This document shows positions 1-38,803 of a stretch of DNA of 64,000 nt, in pieces. The notes beneath the pieces are model-generated. The model saw nothing but the letters and a program-made list of their open reading frames with translations. It made no database searches and was not told the DNA's origin. Both the position numbers and the translations under genes were made by a program. The stretch's first letter is position 1. Every line of letters starts with the position of its first letter. Source of the stretch: Salpingoeca rosetta (Eukaryota; Protista; Choanoflagellata); assembly GCA_033442325.1 (NCBI GenBank), contig JAWQFM010000023.1:752410-816409 (forward strand), read 5' to 3'.

Positions 1-45
1 GCGTGACCCGCATCTTGCTGTGTTGGATGGATGTGTTGCTGCCAG

Positions 46-24733
<24,688 letters not shown>

Positions 24734-25290
24734 TAGCGAAGCTGGTGCTTATGCATCTTGTGACTGTTTCGTGTTGCTTTGTTTGTTGACCTGCTGTGCG
24801 TGTGCGCGCGTTGTACATAGGAGGTGGCCCTTTTTGGCCAGGTTGTGATCACTTGTTTGTTTGTTGTCCTCATGAAGGTTGTGTGAACCCATCAAATTCA
24901 TCAATCGACGATTCGCGATAAGAAGAGACTGGATAATTGCCCGGCAGAGCGCATCACAATGCACACACACGCACACACACACAAAAACCGACTGGAACAC
25001 GCAACAATCTATTGGCAACAAGGGGTTGCTTTCCCGTGCTATCACATCACTCATCCTCAACAACACCGATTTGTAACGCGGAAGCGACAGCGACAGTGGA
25101 AGCGAGCAGTATGAACTATCGACAGCAAGAACACTGAAGTGACAAGTGAACCGAGCAAACCAAGCAAACAAAACAAACATTAACGCACACGAACGCACAC
25201 AAACACACACACACACACAAACGCACACGAACGCACACGAACGCACACGAAACACACACAAACACACTTGCCCGCTACGCAAGAGGAGGA

Positions 25291-28141
<2,851 letters not shown>

Positions 28142-29254
28142 CGTAGTTGCTGTTGTCGCCACGAAACACAACTACCTTTCTGGGTGTCGCCTGTCGTTAC
28201 AGAAACTGCCGAGTCAGCGGTTTTTGGGAAGACACACACAAAACGGCAAGCAAGGCAGGTGGTGTCAGTTCCACCCCACAGCGCCAGCAATGCGCTGGAG
28301 CTGTGCGTGCTGTTACACAGCCCCAGTGGCTGAGTCCAGTGGCTGATGACACACACACGTTCTGGCTGCCTGACGTCTTGGGGTGTTTGTGATTCGACGT
28401 GGTGAGTTCATTTATTCCCCGCACAAGCCAGACACATATTCCCCGATCAAGCATCAAGCAAGCAAGCCAGCGACCAAGCAAGCAAGCCAGCGACCAAGCA
28501 GTTCAGGCAGTTGATACCACTACCACTCTACCACTGACCAGTGCTCTCAAACACAAGGCAAACGACAAACAGCGTGCACGACACGGCGCCAGCGGAGAGC
28601 GGAAAGCACAGCAGACGAAGAAAGCTTCAGCCTAGCAGCTTCTCACTTCACCTTCTTCGTTCTTGATAGACAAGCATGCGACACAACGTGAGTGCTGCAT
28701 GGCGATGTGTGGATGTGGGTGTGCAATGTCACTGTGTTCACATCATCACACACAACGTTTCATGTTCTTTGACATACTTCTCACCCAATCAATGCTTCCT
28801 TCGTTCCCATCTCAATCGCCGATGATAGGGCATTCGCTGCAAGGCTGGAACCAAGTCCCGGTGCACTCGCCCAGCCTGCGGGTTCATCCACACCGACGAG
28901 GTGAGCTTCGCAGAAGGAGTGTGTGTGCATGTGTCTTGTTGTGTATGATACATGCGTTGGGTTGCTTCATCTTCTACTCTGTCAGTCTTATTGTATGCTG
29001 TGCAAAGGTGTAGCGCACACCATCCTCTCACTCAAGCTCACATACACACGCATATGCACACACTCTCTCCTTCTCCCTCTCCATACAGTTTGACACGGAT
29101 TGCAAAAAGGGATCAGAATGCAAGCGCGTGGACTGCAAGCACATCCATCCAGCACCGGTATGTACAAGATCCATGTCCTGGCATCGTCTCAATGGCATAT
29201 CATGGCATGTCACCATGTGCCTGGACCAACCTTCTTGCTCACAATTGCCACACC

Positions 29255-30637
29255 ATGGACTCCTTTGGCTCACGCACACGCTCCCCACGCCCCTCCCTTC
29301 TCCAACAACAATCACCACCACCTCCACAACAGCCTTGCCGCAACAGGCCCTGCAAGAACCCACGCCAATGCTTCTTTCGCCACGCCCGTCCACAAGAGGA
29401 GAATGCCTTCACTGTTGGGCGATCAAAGGCCATGTACGCCTCCTACATTGGACGCATGGCTCTCAAGGCTGCCGTAGGCTCTGGCTTCCTCGTGCGCGTG
29501 GTCCCAAAGGAAACGAAGATCATCGTGAAGCAGGCGCCAAGCGTGGCTGCCGACCCCACCGCCCTCAAGGAAGCCACAGCCAAATGCAGGCAGTTCGTGC
29601 ACGACCACATCAAGATTGAGGCGTACGAGATTGAGAACCTGGACCGCAACACGCTCAAGCGGTCGGCCGCGTTCCTCCTCGCCAAGGACACGCGCGTCTT
29701 CCTCTTCCACACCAGCACCGGCGTCAACATCGTCTACAGCAGCCGCGACCGCATGGCCGCTCGCGCTTTGCCCAACGTCAAGGCCCTCCTCACCTCCCTC
29801 CGCGAGAACATTTGCAGCAGTGGTGATCACGGAGATGCCTCGCCAGCACGCCGCCAGCGCGCGTGCAGTGACGCATCGTCATCATCACGTTCGTCGGATA
29901 TGGACAGCATCTCCTCGGGTGGTGTGGCCGAGTGCTGCATCTGCTTCGACGACGATGTGCCTGTGGTGGGCGGTGTTCGCTGCTCCACCGGCGATCACTT
30001 CGTGTGCGACGTGTGCTTCGACAGCCTGGTGACATCTGTTGCCACGCACGACGAGCGCATGGCCCGCGGCTCCGACGTGTGCTGCCCAACACCGGACTGC
30101 AGCAGCACCCCCTTCAAGGCAAAGACGCTCGCCATGCACGTGGATGACGACACGTTCCAGGCGTGGATGAAGCTGAACAAGGACATAACGGGGCGAAACG
30201 TGCGCAAGGAGGAGGAGGCCGCGCGCCAGGCAGAGGAGGACCGGCGCGCTCGCCTGTCGCAGATGGACCGCGATGCCGAGGACGCACGCAAACACATTGT
30301 GGAGAACATCTTCACCCTAAAGTGCCCGCGCTGCAGCGCCGCCTTTGTCGACTTTGACGGCTGCTTTGCGCTCACGTGCGCCCACTGCAAGTGCGGCTTC
30401 TGCGCGTGGTGCCTGACAGACCGCGGCAACGACGCCCACCCGTGCGCGGCGCAGTGCGGCGAGAAGTACGGGCGTGGCGGGTACTTTGGCACGCTGCGGG
30501 AGTTTGAGCAGCACCATGTGCGCCGGCGCCAGGCTGAACTGGACACGTATCTGGGCACTCTGACGCCAGAGGTGCGCGGTCGCGTCGTCACTGCCTGCCG
30601 CCGCGACGCACAGGACCTCGGCATCAAGCTGCAGTGA
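29255..30637 (+). CDS. Intronless CCCH zinc finger + RING (C3HC4) + RING2/Rcat-like protein, RBR-type E3 ubiquitin ligase-like
   Basis: Long clean ORF. CCCH: CRNRPCKNPRQCFFRH. RING1: CCICFDD...RCSTGDHFVCDVC...CPTPDC. RING2/Rcat-like: KCPRC...FDGCFALTCAHCKCGFCAWC...H..C. ATG at 29255 chosen as the likely start. Confidence 0.8.
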   Translation: MDSFGSRTRSPRPSLLQQQSPPPPQQPCRNRPCKNPRQCFFRHARPQEENAFTVGRSKAMYASYIGRMALKAAVGSGFLVRVVPKETKIIVKQAPSVAADPTALKEATAKCRQFVHDHIKIEAYEIENLDRNTLKRSAAFLLAKDTRVFLFHTSTGVNIVYSSRDRMAARALPNVKALLTSLRENICSSGDHGDASPARRQRACSDASSSSRSSDMDSISSGGVAECCICFDDDVPVVGGVRCSTGDHFVCDVCFDSLVTSVATHDERMARGSDVCCPTPDCSSTPFKAKTLAMHVDDDTFQAWMKLNKDITGRNVRKEEEAARQAEEDRRARLSQMDRDAEDARKHIVENIFTLKCPRCSAAFVDFDGCFALTCAHCKCGFCAWCLTDRGNDAHPCAAQCGEKYGRGGYFGTLREFEQHHVRRRQAELDTYLGTLTPEVRGRVVTACRRDAQDLGIKLQ

Positions 30638-31314
30638 TGCTGTGCTGTGTGTGTGTGTGTGTGTTTGTTTGTTTGAGTTGGCGGACATATGATTGTCTTC
30701 CATGCTCCGTCGCACCCATGCCCTTCCTTGCTGTGTGTGCTTTGCGTTTGACAACAACGAAACAGTAAACGACCATGGATTTAGGAAGGGTGTCTGGTTT
30801 ACGTGTGGGGGGAAGGTGTACTACTGCGCTGGTCCGTGGTGGACACGAACAACGTGTGTGGAGGGTTGAAGGAACGTAACGGCGCTGGCAGAGGTGGAAG
30901 TGAACGGGGGTGCACTTGTAGGAACGCAAGAACGAGTTCATGATCGCCGGAAACGGAAATGCTTGGAACAGCAAGCAAATGGCAGGGCCGTGTAGGAGAA
31001 CGAAAGAACGGAAGAGGAGAAGGCAAATGCAGGGCAGGTAAAGAACGCGTTCAAGGACGTGAGTGTCAACGCACAAACGCAAACCAATGAATGGATGAAA
31101 GTGGTGAATGGAAAAGAGCGTGGGACGCACGTAATGTAACACAAATGCATGCTGGGGTTGGCGTAGGTCAGTGACTGTGATGACACGCAAGGGAACGAAG
31201 ACAGGAACGCAACATGGGATAACAGGTGAGCGAAAGGGAAGGAGGAAGTTGCAGGATGTACCACACCAACGAAGGTGCTGCTGGGGTGTGGGTGATGCTC
31301 CCCTACGGCTGCGT

Positions 31315-32240
31315 TCAGGCCTCAAACACGAGGATGCCGCGCACGAGGACGCATGATGGGTCGTTGATCACAACCTCGGCGGCGGTGCGCTTGCTGGCCC
31401 ACTGGGACGACTTGATGGGCTTGGCATCCACGACGCTGCCGGTGCTGAAGTCGACCACGGCAACATGGGCGTCGTGTGCACCAACGAGTGGCTTGCCGTT
31501 GAAGGTGGCAGCGTCGCGGACCGGGTATGGGTTGCCATACTGCACGTCACACACAAGCACGACGCGGAACTGCTTGCCTGCAGGCAATTTCATCTTCTTC
31601 AGTTCAGCCGGCACGTCACGGCACGCGTCGCTGTACTCGAGAGCATAGTCGAGGTCTGGCGTGAAGTAGAAGCCAGCACCGTACCAGCCGTTGTCAGTCT
31701 TCTGCAGCTGTGCGAAATCGCCACCCAGGATGCTCATGGCCACGGCAAAGGACGGCACGCCGTGGAACACGCGCTGCAGGCGAAGACGCACATCGGGCTG
31801 CATCATGGTCTGATCCAGCACCTTGTACGGTGAAGCGCCAGCAGGGTGGAGGGTGACGCGAGCAAGGACAGCAGCCTCCTCAGCATCGGTGGGCACACCC
31901 GTTGCCGTATCGATCTTGTACTTGGGGTGGAACGGGTGGTTGGCGCTGCTCGTGTGGCCAAGATAACGGGTCTGGTTGCGGTGCACTGCGCCGTTGAAGG
32001 CAGCATTCTTCTGGCTGCACTGCACAACAGCGACACCAGCAACGGTCTTGCCAAAGGGCTGCAGAGGAGCTGCTGTTGCCTCATCACCGGAGCAGCCGCC
32101 AGCTTCCGTGATCATCTGTCGTGTGGTTGTAGAGATGGAAGGAGGATACCAGTGAGATGTGAGAGCAGTGGCGAAGAGACCTGATAAGCAAGCCACAGCA
32201 ACCCATTGCTTCACACGAATACGCACGCACGCACGCACAG

Positions 32241-32338
<98 letters not shown>

Positions 32339-33494
32339 ACACACGATCTCACCTGTTTGACGATGGCGGTGGCCGTGTCGTGTGCGGCGCCAACAGTAGC
32401 GATGCGCACTGACGCGCGTGTTGGATGAGTCACCGTGAAGGACTGCAGTGGTTCGAGGACGTCCTGCTGCCACTTCCACGCGGCATTGGCAGGACCATGT
32501 AGCTGCTCGTGTTGCTGTTCCATATCGACTGCATGCTGTTCTTTGGTGGCTGTGTACTGCCCACCCAGCGTGCCTTGCAGCTGAACAAAGGAAGGTCGGT
32601 TGCCGCTGACGTCAAAGCACTGGCCAAGCACCTGCTGCACCGCATGGCTCAGCCTGCGACCATCAACCTCAACGTCAAGCGGGAGATACCGGCCCTCCTC
32701 ATACGCCTTAGAAATGACAATGGATGACGCGCCACCCAGTGCAGCGTATTTGCCGTGATGCCATGGCTTGATGTTCAGGAACAGCTCCCACAGGAGAACG
32801 GCGAAGGAGAACACATCCGTGTCCATACGAAGCTCCTGTCCAAGCAGCTGCTCGGGTGACGCCCACAGCGGTGTGCCACCTCCATGTGTCAGCACGGACT
32901 TGTCTGCTGACTTGAAGGTGCTCAGGCCAAGTCCGTCACCTTCGCGGAGAGCGATGCGTCCAGCAGCACGTTGGGCGATTTGAGGTCGCGGTGCACGACG
33001 TTGTGGGCGTGCAGGAACGCCATGGCACAGGCCACCTCAAATACAACGCGAAGACAAGTTGGCTCGTCAAGCGGCTGCTTCTTCACGTGCAAGACATCAT
33101 AGAGAGAGCCATTCTCGGCCCAGCTCAGCACAAAGGCCAGCGTGTGGCTTTGCTCATCGTGAGTGAGACCAAGGAAGTGCACAATGTTGGGATGGCGGAG
33201 GGAGAGCAGGATGAGCGCCTCGCGTCGCAGCTGCTTCAAGTGGTCTGGAACGTCCTCAGACCCAGCAACGCATGCGATGATTTCTGAGAGACGAGGGCGC
33301 TCGGCCACAAGCATCTGCTTGAGAGCAACCGGCTGGCCCGCCAGCTCCGCCTTGAACAGGGAACCAAACGAACCACCAACGGGCTTGTTGTTGATGTCGA
33401 AGATGGGAATCTTGTTGGTGAAGCGGGACGATGGGATGTTCAGGTTCAACACGCTCTCTTATACAATGAATCAAGGGGATGTGGTGAATATGCA

Positions 33495-33579
<85 letters not shown>

Positions 33580-36343
33580 TGAGGGTGAGCAAGTGAGAGG
33601 GCGAATGAAAGCGCAAGAGAGGGACAAAGGTAATCAGCTGAGACAAGTCTAAGACATGAGTGTCCAACCGAGCTTGTCTTCCCAGTCATCCTTGAGCTCC
33701 ACGCGCTTCTTCAAGAAGGCGTTCTCCTTGGTCAACTTCTCCATGCGCGATTCTGGCAAGCAAATGCAGATGCATGGACAGGGGCGAAAGATGAAAGGGC
33801 GACGAGTAGGCGCAACAGAGAAGCGTGAGTGAACGATTGCATGCTTCACACACACACACATACACACACACACGCACGCACACATACGCACACACACTCT
33901 CTCTCACGCACACACACCCTCTCTCACGCACACATACGCACACACGCGCGCGCGCAAACACAACCCACGGAATTGCTTGACAATGTCCTCGGTCTCGCCC
34001 AGTGATTCGTTCAGCGCTGCCACCTGCTGCTCTAGCTCAGCGTTGCGAGCACCTGACGGCAGAGAAAACAAAAGGAGATGGCGTGAGACACGGGACGAAA
34101 CAAGGGTTCAAGGCACAAACGGGCGTATCCGCAGCAGTTTAATCACTCACCAGCATCGTTGAGGGAAGACGTCGTGGAGGTGAGCTGCTGTTGCACACTT
34201 GAGAGTTGCTGCTGAAGGCCATCCTTGTCTTGCTGCAGAGCGATGTTCTCCTGTTTCACAGCCGCATTGTCCTGCCGCACCGTGGCGAGTCGAGCCTCTG
34301 TGTTCCATGTGCATGGGCAAGCACGCTAGAGATGAGCTTGATTGTCAGCTTGTGATACACGGTCGAAACAAATGTTAACTTGTCAGCCACCTTCATTGCA
34401 ACATACTGGCCTCACCGGTCTCTTGTAGCTTCTTCTTGAGTGCAGAAATTTCAGCCTGGGCGTGGTGCTGGGAAGAGGAAGTATGAAGCATGTGAGCAAT
34501 TGTGACAAAGCAGGACGCAAAGAAAGGTTGAGCACAAATGGATATCAAGACAACACACCGAGAGCTGCGACGATGACCCTGGTTTGGGAGGAGCAGCCAC
34601 TTGCGCGTGCTGGTCATGCTTGTGATGATGGTCAGGTTGCGGTGTGCTCTGCTGACGGCGCTTGCTAATTCGTTTCTCAAAGGCGAGTTTGGCGTCTTGA
34701 TCACGGTCTCGGCTGAAGCAGACAAAGGACAATCGTGATGCAATGGTGATGAGACAGGACAGCAATTGGAGCAGCAGCAATCAGAGCTTCGTCACACATG
34801 GCGCAATCAAGCACATGAACGCACAACTTGACGGCGATGCTGCGCTGTGGATCGAGAGCATTGGCGATGGCGGCGGCGCGGTCAGCAGTCATGGGGAACC
34901 GGGTGAAGCTGAGCCGGAAAGGAATATGGGTGCAGTGTGGTCGTTGTGAGGTCACACAACACAACATTGTTCGATACGTTGGGAGTGAAAAGCAAAAACA
35001 AACTAACTCGAGTGTCTTCACGCATTGGTTGGTCTTGATCGCGACAGCAAGGGCGTCGATGTAGTCGTTGCTGCAAAAGTAGACCAATGAGTGTTGGTGA
35101 AGATGGTATTGACAGAAAATTAAACGACGCAACAAAACACGCCGGACACACAACACAACTGATCACGCGCATGCACACACACAGCATATGACGGTGCAAT
35201 CACACCACACCTCCACTGGCACAAATACCCACCACCCTACTCCTACTCCTACAACACCACAACCACAAACAATCAACATGCATGTAACCCCATTCAACAT
35301 CAGCCTCAAATGCTTCCACTTACATCCTGCGTCGTCATAACACAGTACACATGTCAACAATGCGCGCCGTCATAACACAGTACACATGTCAACAATGCGT
35401 GCCGTGCCCGTCATGTCAGCCATCAGCATGCAAGCGCACCCATCACAAATGCACGCACACACCTGATCACGCGCATCCACACAGAGCATATGACGGTGCA
35501 ATCACACCACACCTCCACTGGCACAAATACCCACCACCCTACTCCTACTCCTACAACACCACTACCACAAACAATCAACATGCATGTAACCCCATTCAAC
35601 ACCAGCCTCAAATGCTTCCACTTACCGCCTGCGTCGTCATAGTACAGCACATACACGTCAAATCAAACGTCCCCGCGCGTCAATGTGCGTTGGTGCAGCA
35701 ATGCGTGCAGCAATGCGTGCAGCAATGCGTGCAGCAATGCGCGCCGTGCCCGTCATGTGAGTCATCATCATGCCAACACACACAAACGCATGCGATTACA
35801 CCCAAGCATTCAAGCATCACAGACACAAATACAGACGTTCCATTCATACATCGTACACAAACTTCGAATACAACACAACATATACACGCAACGACGTGAC
35901 TATTGTACTGAAGTCACCACGATTATCATGCAAGGCCGTGTGGCATGCGCCACCTTGACGCAAGCTCTTCACGCAACGAGACACCATGATAGCACCAGGA
36001 AATCTCGTTCAACTGCCACCCATGAAGATGACTTACGGTCTGCGCGTTTGCCAAGCGGTAGAAGTCAAACAGTGGCAAGTACGCGGTTGATGTGATGGTT
36101 GTGCGACAACCAGACGCAGTCACAGAGTGAGGCATGCGTACCTATCAACAGCAAACTATGTGTGCTCCCCTCAATTCCAAACCCACACCCACCTCACAAA
36201 ACACATGCAAAACAACACTGGCTCACTGACTTGAAGTGCCGTCCACACGTGTTGTTGGCCACAGATCGCAGCTGCTGCTTGTCGGGTTCGTTCAGGTAGC
36301 GTGCTGCCGCCAGCTTAGCTTCCAATTCCTGTGAGGAGGACAT
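31315..36343 (-). CDS. LRR-like / coiled-coil / TKL protein kinase / PARP-type ADP-ribosyltransferase fusion protein (frameshifted at DFG as assembled)
   Basis: Likely start at 36343 (MSSSQELEAKL...SVANNTCG). RI-type LRR-like exons at ~34830-35072 (IDALAVAIKTNQCVKTLEL), coiled-coil exons at 33669-34456, kinase exon 32353-33458 (GGSFG, VALK, LRHPNIV, HRDLKSPNVLL, GTPLWASPE, DVFSF), ART exon 31315-32115 (FHG, GWYGAGFYFT, YALEY, AEVV). Linkage of the 5' exons is inferred from splice sites. Confidence 0.75.
35159..35650. repeat. Imperfect direct duplication (~190 bp, copies 304 bp apart) in intron
   Basis: ctgatcacgcgcat...gcgtcgtcata occurs at ~35159-35340 and ~35463-35641 with scattered substitutions. 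Confidence 0.85.
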
Positions 36344-36808
36344 TGCCGGTGGTACTGCTGCGGCGGGTGAAGAGAGTGCGTTCTAGTGCGTATGTGTGAG
36401 GCCTTGATACATGCGATCCTTGTCCTTGAGGTCCTTGCTTGCTGTGTCCTCAGGCGTTCAACTTTGCTGTCCTTTGCTGTCCCGTGTTGTCCTGCTGTCC
36501 GCACTGCGACCCAGTGTCCACTGCAAACGCACCAGCGTCTTTGCCGATGCAACCCAAGGTGATGTGTTGGTTCGAATGTGCCAGTGTAGGCAGTGTATGA
36601 ATGGGTGGTTGCGAGTGGACGAATGGCTGGTGTGAGCTCTGCCGTCCGTGAGTGTACTTGGTGTGTGTGTGTGTCCGCGATGTGTGTGTTGGCGAGTCTG
36701 TCAATGATGTGCTAAGCGCGCTTGTTGTTGTGTCCTCCGCACAAAGTCATTTTTCCCTTCCACCACAAGTCAATTTTACTTTTCCAGCAACAACAAACAG
36801 CAACGACG

Positions 36809-36964
36809 ATGAAGCAGAAGTTGAGCACACAGGACGTGCACGCACTGCTTGCAGAGGTGCGCCCNNNNNNNNNNNNNNNNNNNNNNNNNNNNNNNNNNNN
36901 NNNNNNNNNNNNNNNNNNNNNNNNNNNNNNNNNNNNNNNNNNNNNNNNNNNNNNNNNNNNNNNN

Positions 36965-37054
<90 letters not shown>

Positions 37055-38715
37055 GACAGAACGGCAAAGTGGTGAAGTATGACCTTGCGCCGCTCATCCA
37101 CAACAAGCGCAACTGGCTCGTGGACACAACCGATGAGGACCTCTTGGACTCGTTTGAGGTGCTGTAGTGTGCTGTAATCGCGTGTCATTGTTGTTGAGTC
37201 GCTGTTGCGGTGGTGGTGGTGGTGGTGGCGGTGGAGGTTGTTGCTGCTTCTGTTGCTGGTACTGTAACTCGAACGCAATCTCCCCATTTGTTCCTTTATT
37301 TTTCGCCCCGCGCATTCGTCGATTTCCACCCAATTAACCACCTCCCCATCGCCACTGCCACCAACCAACCAACATCAGATCAACGTGTGCCGCCCGCTTG
37401 TGCCCGACGGTCACTCCTGCTCCCCCAACATGGGCGCGTGTCGCCTCACATACGGCTACTTTGTACGACCCTGTGCCATCCATTGTGCTCGACCTCGTGA
37501 TGCGACTGGACCCTGATCACACATCCCCTGTCACGTGCAAGCACACACACACACACATACGCGCGCACACACGCGAGAGGGGGTTTGATAAGATGTCTCT
37601 TCATGAATCACAATCCCTCGCTCACACAACAAGCACACACACACACACACATCAAACACACACGCCACTTCCAGACGCCTGACGTGAACTACGGCCACCC
37701 CGGTCTGCCTGAGGAGGACGCGGACGGGCACTTGACGCTGTCGTACCGCGATGGCGCCTCGTGCGGCAACACCACCGACCTGTCGCACTCCGTCGTTGTG
37801 GAGATGGTGTGCCCGCGCCGCGAGGACGACGGCACTCCAATCGCAGGTGCGTCATCTTTTGTTGAAACAACATGCTTGTTTGCTTTGTTTGTTTTGTTAT
37901 GTTTTGTTTACTGGTTTGGTTTGTTTTGGTTGCTTTGTTTGTTTGTTTGTTTTGTGTGTGTGTGTCCTGCCCACCTTGTGCGTGCACCGGCCTTCATCAG
38001 CCGTCCCTTCCTCCCAACCTTCATGGGTTTTCTCTTCTCCTCACACCTCCTTCTTCCCCGCTTGCGTGCGTCAGGCGTTGTGGATGCGCCACTGTATGTG
38101 GACACGAGCGATGCGTGCGTGACGCACCTTGAGTGGCGCACGAGTTACGCCTGCCCGCTCTCAACGTTCAAGGGCGTTGACTGCCACGTGAGTCACTTGT
38201 GCTGTTGTCTGCGTACGCGTTGCTGTTGCTTGTTGGTGTGGCCATCGAGTGTTGCTAATGTTTTGTTCGTTATCACCTTGTTTTCTTCAATCCCGCGTTT
38301 TTCACACATGTGCTCACAAAACAACAAATGTACGCATGCACTCAAAACAACAAATGCACGCATAAACTACACGACCCTCCCCCCCTCCCCGATCTCCAGC
38401 TCACGGACATCCTGACTGGGCAGTACTACGACCTGTCTCCGCTCAAGTCTGCCAGCGGGTACTCCGTGCGCCGACCCGACGGGAAAATCATCGACTTCAA
38501 CATCTGCCAGCCGGCCACTCGCTGCAGCAGCGGCGTCGGCGCGTGTGTTGGAGCCAACTCATACGGTGCGTGTTCACGTGTGGTTGATGTGTGGTTGATG
38601 TTTGCACGCGTGCAGTGTGACAAGGGCAGTGCGCATTTCGTCGTTTTGCAATCTGACACGCCGACCTCCCTTCTTCTCCCCAACTTTCCTCTCGTTCCAC
38701 CTTTTCCATCCTACC

Positions 38716-38803
<88 letters not shown>

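Noticed and set aside
30640-31310. Purine-rich, microsatellite-poor spacer between convergent genes as ncRNA or extra gene
   Set aside because: No recognisable RNA structure or credible protein; most simply the 3' UTRs of the two genes.
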